Source: Antedon mediterranea (lineage: Eukaryota > Animalia > Echinodermata). Taken from it: a stretch of 64,000 nt of DNA. The notes under the pieces were generated by a model, which searched no databases, had not been told where the DNA came from, and saw only the letters and a program-made list of their open reading frames with translations. A program made the translations under genes and the position numbers. Location of the stretch: contig NC_092678.1 of NCBI RefSeq assembly GCF_964355755.1, positions 2,000,422 through 2,064,421 of the forward strand, written 5' to 3'. Of this stretch, positions 12,575 through 25,595 are shown piece after piece. Position 1 is the stretch's first letter, and every line of letters starts with the position of its first letter.

Positions 12575-13243
12575 AAGAATTTATATTAATAAATAATATT
12601 AATAAAAAAAATAAACATAAATAAATGAGAAAATATAATCACTGCCCGAATCAATGTCTGATGTCAAAGACGTAGGCCTATGATGATAATTAAAAAAGTA
12701 AAGTTTATCTCATTTTCAAAGAAAATGTAGGCCTACTTACTACAACAGCTAGGCTATCCTCACCACGTTGGTATTCAACCATTTAAACCAGCCGCGTCTC
12801 CTTCTAATTCTACACACGAGGGGCCTACGTCGGTGATTGGTCCACGTGTCGTGTTTTGATATTCAACACACACTCTCGGACGTTTCTTTTCAGTTAATTA
12901 AACTGTAGCCTATTACCGTATTTTCATCAAAAAGTAAATAAACCAAACACTAATTCACCATAAATCGTAGTTTTAAAATAATAAATTACTTTATTTGAAC
13001 GCCTTTTTCATAATACCGTGGTAGACATATACAACATACTGTGCAGCGAAGCGTAACCAATACATATAACAACGTCAGAACTCACTTTTACCAGGGGATC
13101 GCTATATTTTTGACACTCAATACTTAAAAATTAATTATAATTTACCCAGACTAGCCTAGTTGGCCTAGACCTATTTATACCTGTTACGTAATACTTTTGA
13201 TAGGAGGGGTTTTTACTAGGAGGTGTGGATGAAGCCGCAACAC

Positions 13244-13290
13244 TTTTTGGCGCGCAAACAAAAAAATTCCGCGAAACGATAGGTGGCGCC
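13244..13290. promoter_or_regulatory. Candidate promoter of BEN gene with E2F-like sites
   Basis: TTTGGCGCGCAAA (double E2F-like) and TTCCGCGAAA in a CpG-rich patch ~200 bp upstream of ATG 13462. Motif match only. Confidence 0.35.
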
Positions 13291-13461
13291 CCATAGGGCT
13301 ATAGTTCAGAGGCATATATAATATGGCTCTGCTAGTACAGTGTTGACATGCTTTCTGATCGTTTTTGTTGTTGTGGTGGTGGTCTCCGTCTGGACGCGCA
13401 TCGGTTGGAGTGGTTGGTTCGGCATTCTATTTTTATTCAAATATAGTACACTAGGCCTAGT

Positions 13462-13537
13462 ATGGCTTGCATCGGTGATAAACAACCATCAACACTGCCA
13501 GCAGAGGAGGAATGTGATGCCCGTGTTGATATTTGCC
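13462..13537 (+). CDS. BEN-domain protein, exon 1
   Basis: ATG..MACIGDKQPSTLPAEEECDARVDIC+C then gtgagt; phase 1 fits exon 2. Confidence 0.6.
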
Positions 13538-13590
13538 GTGAGTCTAGACTAGTCTTAAACTTAGCCTAGTGGTGGTAGTGTAGTAGATTA

Positions 13591-16503
13591 GGGTGCTGGT
13601 CAACCCGTACCCAAACCAACCCGTACCCATGCCAACTCGTACCCAACTTGGCTAACCCGTACCCAAATAATTGGTCAACTCGTACCCACTTTGGCTAACC
13701 CGTACCCAAACCAACCCGTACCCATGCCAACTCGTACCTAAATATTTGGCTTACTCGTACCCAAGTATTTGGCTTACTCGTACCCATTTTTTGGCTTACC
13801 CGTACCCATTTTTGGCTTACTCGTACCCATTATTTGGCCTACTCGTACCCAATTTGAATAATTACTTGTAATGATTTGATCGGCGCAAAACTAGTGGTAT
13901 GCTTTTGCCGTATGAATATTTTTATATTTAAATTGTTTTTTTATTTTACAGGTCTCGGTGAAATGTGTGCTAATAAAAATGACCATTGATTTGATTGTAG
14001 ACTTCGTTTAATTAGGCATATATTTGTTAACATTTATTTAAATCTAGTATTATAGTTTTATAAACGTATGTTTGATGTGTCTTTTTTATTTACGTAAGAG
14101 AACATTAATTAATAAAAAAAATATTTTAACTGTTGTATAGTTAGTATTACAATTCAATTAAGCCCAGGTAAAGTACCAACAACGTATAATTTTATACTTA
14201 TCACGGGACTTATCAATTTTTATTCTTTTATTTTATTCTAATTATCTTCCCTGAATACATTCGATCAAGTAATTATTTCTATTGTATTTGGTATATTTAA
14301 AATTGGTTGAATTAACAACACCCTGTTTTAAGCAAAAAGCCTGCCGGGCTATGGGGTCGAATTACTCGTAGATTTCGTGTTTTTTCTGACCGGGATTAAC
14401 CTTTTATTATAAAAAAACACGCATTTATAGGGCCGGCGTCAAAGAGACGACTTAGTAATGACGTATGATCATTTTCCATATATTTTATTTATTAATAATT
14501 CAGTGAAATGATCATATACACGTACTGTCGTACTGTAGCCTAAGGCAATTAAACATTTTGGCAGATTTTCTTCTATAACAGCTACGTGTTTTTGCTGAAT
14601 GGGGATTCCTCTTTATTATTAAAAAAAAAACGCATTTGTACGGGTCCATTTGTAGTGTGTCCAAAAATAGGCAACGCAATGTGGCGTATGATCGTTTTCT
14701 ATTTATTTTTTTTCTTAAAGATGTATTGTCCCTTGAAACACAACAAAATTAAGGTCAAAATATTCTATATTTAAATTGGCCATATCAAAGTAATATTAAA
14801 GTTATTCACTTTAAGTCGAAAATTTGAACCAAAAAACAACAATTTTACGTAATTAACAGCTAAATGAATTTGATTACATTTCGTCTGGAAAATCATCGCG
14901 AGCGAAAGTAAACAAACATTTCAAACCATTAGTATACATTATGCATGATGCTAATTAGGATTGTTTACAACTCATCACGGTTGAGAAGGTGTTTTCACAC
15001 GGATCGCGAGGAAGTTTTATGATTATGCATACAGAGTAGCCAAATAAGCGCGTTGCATTATGAGATATGTTTTGATTGAAAACTTTGACTGGAAGTCAAA
15101 GTTATTTTTTGAACCAAAAAATGTCTGTATTTCAGTTGTATGATTTTTTTTTCGACTAATTTTTGGTGAAAGTTAATTACTATTATGATACTTCAAAATG
15201 ACCCACTTTTTTTTCGAAATCTTTTTTTCTTTTTTTTTGGAATTTGACAAAGGGACAATACATCTTTAAATAATTCAGTAAAATTATCTGTTTGTTTACG
15301 GTAATTAAACATTTTTGGTAGATGTTTCCTCAATAACTTACAGCTACGTGTTTTTGCTGACGAGGGATTCCCTTTAAAAAAAAAAAAAATACGCATTCTA
15401 TAATGTGTCAAATAAGACAAATGAAATGAACTACGATCGTTTTTCCATGGCAACGGATGTCGTCTTATTTACTAAAATAATATAAACGTTCTGAAGGCCT
15501 ACCTACACGTGTCTGAGTACTTACGTATCTGTCAGCGATAAGATGATTTTTTTAAGTTTTAGTAGTATTTATTTCGGTTTTTAGTCATAATAATACAGTA
15601 ATAATCATTATAAAATGAAAACGTAATAACAGCAAATGTCGTCGTTTGTAATTAAATGTTAAATTATTGGAGGTTAGTACAGTAGTTACCTTTTATTATT
15701 ACTCTCACATCGTCATTGTATACTAGATAAACGGCAATAATCTAATCTACTACTAAATGCTCATAGCAGCAATGAGGCTGGTATCCACTTAAATAGTTTC
15801 GTGATTTTAAAATACGAGTGACTATTTAAAAATGTATTAAATATTTTCGAAATGTTAAAACAGTTTAATATTTTCCAAAACTTGCAAAACAAAACAACAA
15901 AAACCATTCGTTTTAAAACGATTTTCAAAAAACACATTACTCATTATCTGTAAAATATAATGAAAATACAAATTATGTATAAAAGATATTCATGTTTACT
16001 TTTAATAATTCAAGTTTTCATCATCACAGACTAGTGGGTATTTCAATTTCCATGTACTACTATTCGTAGAAAATAATAGATTAATAACTCATAAATGAAA
16101 AAAAAATAGAATGCAGCACAGCCGACCACTGACATCTTCCACAGAGCCATATAAAACAGCGCCCTCAAGTATTAACTTTACCAAATACGACGTACGCAAA
16201 TACGATGAAAGCTGTGCTTTTTTCGTACGAGTCTGTACATATTATTATACATTTTAGGTCAATAGTTTTTGCCATTATAATATCGAACATATGATTGGTA
16301 TCTAAAAATTTAATAAAACTGGGTTTAAATGTAATATAAATATACTTTAAATAGCATTAAACTTGGGTACGGGCCAGCCAATGATGGGTACGGGTCAGCC
16401 AATGATGGGTACGGGTCAGCCAAAATTTTGGGTACGAGTAAGCCAAAATTTGGGTACGAGTTGGTGGGTACGAGTTGGCATGGGTACGGGTTGACCTGTA
16501 TTC
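13591..16503. mobile_element. Non-autonomous Mutator/foldback-like (Rehavkus/Phantom-like) DNA transposon in BEN gene intron 1
   Basis: Inverted terminal arrays of aac(c/t)cgtaccca subrepeats (13597-13852; 16364-16496), flanked by direct repeat gtagattag(g) at 13583 and 16504 (8-10 bp TSD); no transposase ORF. Confidence 0.85.
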
Positions 16504-16794
16504 GTAGATTAGGCCTAGCCTAGGCCAGCAGTAGTACTACTAGTAGTATGCCTACATAATAGTAGGGAACCCTATCTACTAAGCCTAGCTATACAGCCTA
16601 TATAATAGTCCCAATATTAAGATGTATATATACTATAGAAAAGGTAGATTAATACTAAAGAACCTAGGATAAATTGTCAAATAAATGGTTATAATTATAT
16701 GCCCCACCTATAATTACAATTACAATTACAATTACAATTACATATTACAATTTATAACTGTATTATTTATAACAACCATTATTACGTTTTTCAG

Positions 16795-16928
16795 AATACC
16801 TAGCAAGTAATGGCCCTGATAGAGAGAACATAGTGACAGAACAATTTTCAACTAATAAAAATGAAGAATCCATACCAGTTGAAACTGCTTGCACACACAG
16901 GAGAAGCCGGCGCCGAGCTTGGCCCGAG
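16795..16928 (+). CDS. BEN-domain protein, exon 2
   Basis: tttttcag..gttagt; 134 nt, YLASNGPDRENIVTEQ...RRSRRRAWPE, phases 1/0. Confidence 0.7.
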
Positions 16929-17081
16929 GTTAGTAGATTCTGTGCAGCTGTATGTACTTTGTCACTAATTTATTGTTATTGTTACTTCGCTATAGATGAA
17001 AAGCTCTGATTGTTATTCTCGATATGTGACCACGCAACAAAACAATGACTGTACAGTGACATTATTTTTGTTTTCCTACAG

Positions 17082-17271
17082 ACACCAAGTACAGCAGGAA
17101 GTTCAATAACCAAAACGAGGATAGAACCAGAATGTAAAATACCTAAACCAAACATGTGCAGATGTATTGCCTATGATTTTCTTAATGACAAATATGACGC
17201 ACTTTTTAAAGAATACATCTCATTGCGCGTCAAACATAAAGAATTGAAAAAACAAGTTGCTCAATACAATG
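17082..17271 (+). CDS. BEN-domain protein, exon 3 (coiled coil)
   Basis: cctacag..gtaaag; 190 nt; TPSTAGSS...LNDKYDALFKEYISLRVKHKELKKQVAQYN. Confidence 0.8.
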
Positions 17272-17558
17272 GTAAAGGTTTCTGTGATACAATCTCTGAC
17301 ATAGAATATTTCTGTAGAAAAAAAATACTATTTTCATGCATCCATTACTTTTATTATTGAGAAGTGGCATACAGGTTTAGAAACTGTCTATACATGGACA
17401 CACCCAAACAAGGGTGAAAAACATAGATCTTCATATTCTAAACTGAGGTGGGTGGCCTGCAGAAGATGAATAAAATCGAAAAAAAAATAAAAATTTTAGG
17501 ATGGCAACAGACACATTTTTTAGGCCTTTCTTTTTAATACAATTTCATTTCTATTTAG

Positions 17559-17605
17559 AAAAGCGTTCATATGCAAAAAAACAAGAACAATCGGATTCTA
17601 TGATG
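17559..17605 (+). CDS. BEN-domain protein, exon 4
   Basis: tatttag..gtgagt; 47 nt EKRSYAKKQEQSDSMM; bridges phase 1 to phase 0. Confidence 0.75.
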
Positions 17606-17812
17606 GTGAGTTTTAGGCAGCATCTCGGTCTCCAGTACTAGTAATTCAATGTTTCTGTATATTTCGCAAATGTGTATAGAATCCTCATTCAGATAAAGGA
17701 TCTGTATATAAGATTGTAAATTGTACTTTACTTAAAATAAATCGAATACAATACAACATATTTGACTCGGCCTCACATTAACGGATTAGGTTAACAAGAC
17801 TTTTTTTAATAG

Positions 17813-18029
17813 ATCGATATTGGTCATGGCATCTTATTGCACCAAGAGGTCCTTGAGAACGTCCTAATAGACGGCACCAGTCCCACAAAGTTGGCACGAA
17901 AACTCTTTGTTGCGCTTTTCAGACTTGAAGAGGTGATCGGAAAGAGCTTAAGTGGTAAAAAATGTAATGTCTATCAGAACAAAGAAGTCAAGCAACAGCT
18001 GGATCCAGAACGAATTGGTGCTATTATAG
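17813..18029 (+). CDS. BEN-domain protein, exon 5 (BEN domain)
   Basis: IDIGHGILL...PTKLARKLFVALFRLEEVIGKSLSGKKCN...KQQLDPERIGAII: BEN-type LF..EE...S..G...LD pattern. Confidence 0.85.
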
Positions 18030-18706
18030 GTATACAATGAAGGATATATTGTTTTGTCTACTTGGACAGCAATAACCCATCCTGCCCAAAACAGAAAAAT
18101 ATGGAAACAAATCATGCATTTCTGAATTGTAAATGCATAATGTCTGATTGACAGAAAACTTCTCGAGAGAGGACAAAAAATTCTCATCTTATCCATTAGA
18201 AATTTGGTTTCAGTGTGTGCCCACGGACTACTATGACGGCACAGAGGTAATAGTGAGTTTCATATCTGCGACGTTTACTTTTCTGGAACGATATAACATA
18301 GTTACACATAATCATGTGCGTAATCGTATTCATAATTTTCGGTTTTGTTTTAGGGGACAAATTCTGCGTGTAATGGTTTATTTATGTGTTAATACGCATG
18401 AAAGAGAACGGTGCAGATCTATCATCTGTGGACAATGCTGCATCATAAACGTAAAAATTGGCATACTGCAATTACTAATCGTCGCACGTAAAACTCACTA
18501 TTGGTTATTAATGTACACAGGTCGGTACTCGGCTTAACGTCAGGTAATAAAATGGCATTAAGCGCATCTCACACCATTGCACCGTCTTCCCTTCTATTTT
18601 CGTTAACCTGGCTATTATTTCGTTGCAGGTCGCATACTGTTTCTGTTAAAGATACATAATTAAATATAGTATCAATATTTTAATTAAGTGATTTTTGTTT
18701 TTGTAG

Positions 18707-18810
18707 ATTTCACAATGAGCAGGTATCCACATGCTTCGAAAGCTGTCCTCCGCCAATCTTTAGCCGCGAAGATCCAGCAAATGGTCAGTTACAAGGACAT
18801 GTGGTTTTGA
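18707..18810 (+). CDS. BEN-domain protein, exon 6 (terminal)
   Basis: ttttgtag; DFTMSRYPHASKAVLRQSLAAKIQQMVSYKDMWF*; completes BEN helices; CDS total 768 nt = 255 aa. Confidence 0.82.
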
Positions 18811-20625
18811 TCGAGTGGACCATGGTGACATCACCTACACCTTGACCAGTAGTAACCTAACTTTGCCTAGCTAGGATAAACAAAATATGTTGACTATTAA
18901 ATCAGTTGTGCTCTTGGTTTTTTTTTAATGACCAATGTATATAACAAGCCAACGTTAGTTTATGAACTCGACAGTTTTGGTATTATGTTAATGTGTTTGT
19001 ATTAAAAAATTAATTGAATTATTTTCGTCTTTTCTTTTTTGTGTGGTCTGCAACAAAATTAATAGTGTACATCTCAGAAAACATTTTAAATTTTCTACAT
19101 ATATATTAAATATTTACAGTATAACCTCCTTCAAGGAAGCCATAGAATGGCATCTAAATTAATAGCCACTGTGTATGTTTGATGATCTCACCAACAAATA
19201 TGATTACATTGATTTTATTTACAGTAATTAAATAATTATTTATACTTTTATATGTAGAATGTAGGGATATCAATCATCAGGTAGAGCATATTGTTTGGAG
19301 AGAATTTCTCTTGAAATTGTAGCTTGAAATATTGTTAATAATAAAAATATATATTAACTTATAATTCGCAAATTTCACTTGGTATGTTCAAATAAGTGTA
19401 CAAAGTATTAATCTTTAACAGTACTCCATAAAAAAGTCTCGTAGCAAGATTCAAATTTACCTTAATTACAATACCTGTATGTAACAATTATAATAAGTAA
19501 TTATTATAAGTGAGTGTTCAACTATTTAGTATACAGTAGTTAACATATAAATAATTAAAATATGTGAAAATATTGAGTACTTGAAATTCTACATCATGAC
19601 AATGTTATGCTGTTACAATAAACAAATCAATTATAATGTAGTAATTACAGTATTCTATTTATACGATTAACACACTTTTTCGGGTTGTTTTTTTTAATAG
19701 GTGGATATTCCTTAACTTGTTTTTTTGTACAGCGCTTTTTCACGACATTAGGCGACAAAACCGAATTGCTTTATACTAATATTATACTGAATTGTATTTA
19801 CAATACCACACTATAATATTTATTTTTTTATCCAAAGGCAAAATACTGTTATAACATATATATCTGGTTTTCTGTGGTTTGTATGCTTTTGTGTTTAATA
19901 CATGATTGTGAATCTAGTTCTGTACAATTCCCTACAGTTATTGTCAATGAGGACAAGACTGATGAGAAGTCAACTGAAAAGAATTCACATTATGTTTTAT
20001 TAAGAAATATATAATGGGAGGGTGTTAAGAGTCTCATTAATAGCATATATTGCCCTAGGTGTCCCCTGAATAGGAATTGATTGTAGTGCTAAAATTGACA
20101 TTGCCCTTTGTTCCCTGGGTATCCCCTGAACCCCCCTGGGGTTGGATGTCAAAGTGCAATTAAGTTGTGAGCTTCACAAGGCCTGCAGTAGTTGCACAGA
20201 TGACGTTTGATACAGCCATCAATGTAACAATGTATTACAGAATTTTCCTATGACACAGGCATCAAATGTAATACATGTGATGATGCATTACAGAATTTGC
20301 CTATGATAAGTTACAGTACCAAACATCACAAAATTGTTTACAAGAAACTCATACTAGTCATATAAATGAGAACTGATATTGTTGCTCTAATACAGCTGGG
20401 AAGCTGTTTGATCATCAGGCATAGATGGATCTAGTGGATTGTTTTTTCTATAATTTTTTTTGGTAAAAATAGGTGTTATAGAGCTCTTTTGTTGAGATAG
20501 GCTGTTGGTTGAGTTGTGGTGGTTTTTTTAAAGAGACGTTTTTGTTAAATTGAATAGAGTAATTAAATAATTTAAGTCTAGTAGAGTATGATTTTGCTTT
20601 CAAATCTAAAGCAATAGACTACTAT

Positions 20626-20787
20626 AAACCTAGTTCCCACTAAAGTTACAACACAAGGACGTAGTCGCAACACAAGGACGTAGTCGCAACACAAGTGAGT
20701 TGATCCATCACCAGCGAATAATCCATCGCTTGTGTTAGGTCAAATCGCTTACGTTTTGTGTCACATCTCTAGTGCGAACCAAGCTCT
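20626..20787. mobile_element. Harbinger/Tourist-like MITE (AAGCTTGGTTCCCACTA family)
   Basis: Imperfect TIRs; related copies at 38108-38225 and 62519-62712. Confidence 0.6.
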
Positions 20788-23234
20788 AATATTCTGGCCT
20801 TTCAGTTTCTTGTGAGATTTTGAGTTAGTTGAAATTGCACTTATTCAATAGTAACACTAGTTTGGCTATTCATGGCCGGTGAGCTTTTTGATTTCAATAC
20901 GCGAAACCAGGACTACAAAAGCAACAGCACGTAACAACATCTCAGCATGCACATAGCTTAAGTAATAAGCCAGCATTATGATACATTCGGCTACTGAACC
21001 AGTGGAAAATATCAAAACACTGGTTTACTACTACAGTTATCTGAGAATGCACAATGTATGTTACGGTGATGCACGTTATGTCGCGTAGCGAAATAAAAAA
21101 TTTAATTACAAGTTGTTGACTACAACATGTGGAACAAAACTTGAGATGGAACTGTCTTGGTTAGTTTACTGAGAGCCACAGTCAAACTAACCAAGCGTCA
21201 TTTCACTGGACTTTTTCCGGCCAAACTGACCAAATGCTCGGTAGTTCAACCATTAGAAGTTCAATGCGAACAAGGATTTATTCACATAGTTTATTTAGGA
21301 AGTGCCAATACAGAATATGATTGACAATGGTAAGGTTTTGTTCACACGATTACAAATGTGCTTTTAACCACTACTAAAAAGTTTTTTAAAACTAAATCAT
21401 ACAATAATTCGAGCCAATTTTAACTACATTGGACATGTAGAAACAAAATGATGGCATCTATGATTTTGCGATTCTGATACAGTCCTCAAAAACAATGTAC
21501 AAGGTATAAGAATCTGCATAAAGCTGGAATGATTATTTTTATGTACCATGATAATTCAGTACATATAAGCAGATTGCAAAGAACTTTGGTATATCCAATT
21601 GTTTTTTTTTCTAACATGTTTATACTTTGTGTATACAGACACATTGCCAAGTAAAAACTGTTAATTTAGGTCTGAATAGAAATTGCAATACTGGTAGTGG
21701 TCCGCTGTTATCAGTTCGACATTGCTTCGCAACAAGACCAGTTATGGGTTTAACACTAAACAGGTTTCAATTGCAAACAGGTAAAGTACGTCTTAGCAGG
21801 GACACCACAAGCAGGTTACAGCGAAGCCCCCATCTTTTAAATATATCTTTTACGATTAGGTAGTAAAAAAACAGCTAGCGGATCCAAGAATAACTGCATC
21901 AGGCCTTGTCATTTTGAGAATCTTGGATCTACTACTGTTTAAAATTTATAAATAATCAAACCAGTGTGTTACTTATTGAATAAGTGTACAGTAGAGATCC
22001 GAATTGCATTAAGGGATCATGTCAAAATTATTCTACTGAAGGTACTGCAGTAAACTAAACTTGTTTATGCAATTATTTTGTACAATATTTTTTAGCTTAT
22101 ATGCACTATTTATTGCAGTAAAATTATTTTGTCATGATCCCAAAGTACTGTATGTTTGATTTTTACAATTATTTTGATTTATAATAAAAATCAAAGAGTA
22201 AAAACCAATATACAGCGTTTGCTTTGATACTCACTCTACTCTTTATACTTGTAAATGGGTGTAGTGTTTAAGAATAGAACCATTCACACACTAAATCATT
22301 TCATATTCCATACATACGCAGTGTTTTAAGAGTAGACATTAAATATAGCCTGAGATTTTACCAGCCATGGACTTTAATTAGTTGAATTATTATCAGACTT
22401 GTATGAGCTCTCATTAACAAATGTTAATTTGGTATTTTTAAATTAGTATTGGTACAATTATGTTAACAACAGCATTGAGGTGGCACTTTTTAAGATTATA
22501 ATTTAATAACTAAACATTTAAACTAATTGCTTTTTTATTTAAACTAAAACAATTTTCTAATTCTTCAAAAATGTTAAATTCTAAATCTAGATTAACATAC
22601 ACAAAAAAAACCCAAAACAAACAGTTATCCCAAAAATAAAGAAAAAAAATGTCAATTTTACCATGAAGAAATAACATTCAACCAATCCCAAAATATTTTG
22701 CACAAGTGCAGTTAGCATAATGTTATATTTCTGTATCCTTATTTTAGTTTTTAAAAAATTAAAAAAATTGTGTGTAGAAATACTTCACTAACAAAAAAAT
22801 TTTTTTACAGGTGATGGTTTAAATTTTGTATGGCTATCGGTTGCAGTTTCATTATTGTATCAATTATTAGTTTAAATCTATCTACTATGAACTATTTTAT
22901 TTTGGTTTATTCATAACTATTTACGGTCTAAATCCACAAACCCTTCCCTCCAATTAACCCCGCTTTGCAATGTACCAAGTAAAGGGTGAAAAGATATGAA
23001 ATGACAACAGATAAGGAAAAACAGGAGACTTGTAAATAGTATGGCACTAATGTGTTGAACGTAGTTGTAAGCTTCAGTTGGTAAAAACAAATATTTCAAA
23101 TGTTGCATAACCACAAATTTACAGTATATTACCTTTGGATTATTTAACAGTATTTACAGAAAACAAAATACAAAGTAAAAGAGTTTCTTTTGTTTGGAAA
23201 ATACCAGTGGTTTTTATTTACCACCTGGTACCAA

Positions 23235-23343
23235 GGGCGGATCCAGAGGGGGCCAATTAAGTGTGAAAAAAAAGAAGAGCCCATTGAAAAGTTGTTCTGG
23301 TAACCCCCATTTGGCCCCCTTTTCCCGCATCCTGGATCTGCCC
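23235..23343. mobile_element. Short MITE in TBK1 3' UTR
   Basis: TIR gggcggatccag / ctggatctgccc. Confidence 0.6.
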
Positions 23344-23365
23344 AGGGCACCTATCGTTACCTTTG

Positions 23366-23453
23366 CTATTCAAATCTAATTTTCTTTAACTCGGTCACTC
23401 CGTCATGAACCTCCTTCTTCAATGTATTCATCTCATTCTGAGACATTTGCAGT
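23366..23453 (-). CDS. TBK1: TBK1/IKK-epsilon kinase, coding exon 15 (terminal)
   Basis: LQMSQNEMNTLKKEVHDGVTELKKIRFE*; resembles the TBK1 C-terminal helix; phase fits. Confidence 0.8.
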
Positions 23454-23601
23454 CTAGCATAAATAAACACAGGTTTAATTCATATGTACTATGTACATTG
23501 AGGAATACATTATTAACAATATGACAATACATTGTGAACTAAAACGTTCATCAGAAATATATTTAGCTTAACACTGATAAAATCTTACGATCATTATATC
23601 C

Positions 23602-23763
23602 ACCAAGAAGCAATCTAACAACAGGATGCTGAGCTCCGGAGATAAAAGGGTTTATCTGTGGCTGCGACACCATCAGTTCCATGCCCCTTAACAGGAACCG
23701 CGCACATCAGAGAATAAGTGTTGGCATGGCGAGCTCAGTGTCCTGTTGTTAGATTGCCTTGGT
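23602..23763. mobile_element. MITE with ~30-bp TIRs in last TBK1 intron
   Basis: gcaatctaacaacaggatgctgagctc / gagctcagtgtcctgttgttagattgc. Confidence 0.75.
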
Positions 23764-23903
23764 TTAACATAAAGTGATAATAAGGGAATCTTATATTGCG
23801 CCGGTTTCCATAAAGTGTATACAATTAACATATCTAAATTATGTAATGCATACAACTAACATATTGGATTCATGAAATGCATAAAATTAACACAAATACT
23901 TAC

Positions 23904-24064
23904 AGTTTCCATTGGTTTGTAGGAACGAGAGCATTTCTATTTCCTCTGTAAGATGAACCGGATTGGATGATTGTAGGTCCAACGTTTGGTCTCCCAACAA
24001 CCTGGAGAACACTCCTCATTTGAAATCTGATATCATCACTAACAGTTTTTTGCTGACGTTTCAG
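23904..24064 (-). CDS. TBK1: TBK1 coding exon 14
   Basis: 161 nt, ttcatag/gtaagt, LKRQQKTVSDDIRFQMRSVLQ...NQWKL, phases 0/2. Confidence 0.8.
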
Positions 24065-24577
24065 CTATGAAAACAAATATAGCCAATTTTAAACAGGAGA
24101 AACACAGATTGAAAAGATTCTTAAAAAACAATTCAGTGTTAATCGCAGCGATAACATAATAGCCTAAAGAACAGACTAGACAACAGCAAAGATTACATTG
24201 AACATACAAGATGTCACCATTTCTCTTGGTGTCAGAGTAGGCAATACCTTCACTCGATTCTAGGTACTGTATCTAGATTCTTCCAGTATAATAGGAATAT
24301 TCTGTAATACAGTATCACATGTGTTACACATATTGACAAGTATCATAGACCTCACGTGATGCATATGAGATGCTGTATTATCAGATTTTCCTATTGTAGA
24401 ATGTGGAGCTATAGCATCAAGAATTGGGTAATACTTTAGTATATCTTATTGGCTAAACTCGGTATCGATACCTCACGCTTTCTAGTAGTAAAATCACAAA
24501 CATCCGTTTTAATAATAAAGAAATAATATGGTGTGGCTAACATACAGTAGGGTGTTGGCATTGTTTAACATACTAAC

Positions 24578-24674
24578 CTCTTCAAGACGTGGATTGAAAA
24601 TAAAAAATTTTGCAAACATTTGTTTTATTTTCTCAGCCAAGATCATATCCGACTGATAATCAAAGAACGCTTTT
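24578..24674 (-). CDS. TBK1: TBK1 coding exon 13
   Basis: 97 nt, ttttacag/gttagt, KAFFDYQSDMILAEKIKQMF...RLEE. Confidence 0.85.
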
Positions 24675-24945
24675 CTGTAAAATAAAGTCATGATAATGCA
24701 ATAGGTAAAATGTTGGCCTGTGATAAAGGCAGACAGACGTGAAAAAGAAAGCTCAAATATACATTTAACAAATAGGAACTTTTTGATTGCACTAGACAAA
24801 TGTACAGTCATCATTTTTTTTTTCCAAAACTTTAAATAAGAATTCAAAATTTAGTGTAATTGTGCAGACAACCATAACATTCTTCTAATTCCATTGGTAC
24901 AGTATATGCAAGCAAAATGTTTAACATTAAAGAAGTTTAACTTAC

Positions 24946-25047
24946 GTGTACCAGCTGCCGAGAATGTTATGTTGTTCAATCCATCTTGTTTCACAATGAT
25001 CCTTAAGCTGACTCATTCCTTGTGTACACAGTAGACTCAATTTTTGT
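24946..25047 (-). CDS. TBK1: TBK1 coding exon 12
   Basis: 102 nt, QKLSLLCTQGMSQLKDHCETRWIEQHNILGSWY. Confidence 0.9.
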
Positions 25048-25117
25048 CTGAAGAAAAAAAAATAGTCATATGGTTAGACCATGTAACAATAGTTAGCCCA
25101 TTTTTTCTACTTAAACT

Positions 25118-25450
25118 AGACATCCTTGACCTGGTAAGTCCCTGGTTAGCCCAGTTATCTAAACCAGACATCCTTGAGATGGTAAGTCCCCGGTTAGCCA
25201 AGTTTCTCTACCTAAACCAGACATCCTTGACCTGGTAAGCCCCTGGTTAGCCCAGTTTCTAACATGACAGTGACACATTTGACCTGGTAAGTCCTTGGTT
25301 ACCTCAGTTATCTAAACCAGACATCCTTGACCTGGTAAGTCACTGGTTAGCCCAGTTATCTAAACCAGAAATCCTTGACCTGGTAAGTCCCCGGTTAGCC
25401 CAGTTATTTAACATGACACCCTTGATCTGGGTTTAGTTATAGCCCAGTTA
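25118..25450. repeat. ~48-bp degenerate minisatellite, ~6-7 copies
   Basis: Unit gacatccttgacctggtaagtccctggttagcccagttatctaaacca. Confidence 0.9.
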
Positions 25451-25595
25451 ACTCTACCTAAAGTGGACATTCATTTTAAGCTGGTCAATTAACTGCTAAA
25501 AAAGTATTATTGTAGACCTTTTGAAGGTTTAGGTAATTCTAGATTTAGAAAGATCAGTGAAGTAAAATGATATAAAAATAAAAAGACTTAATTAC

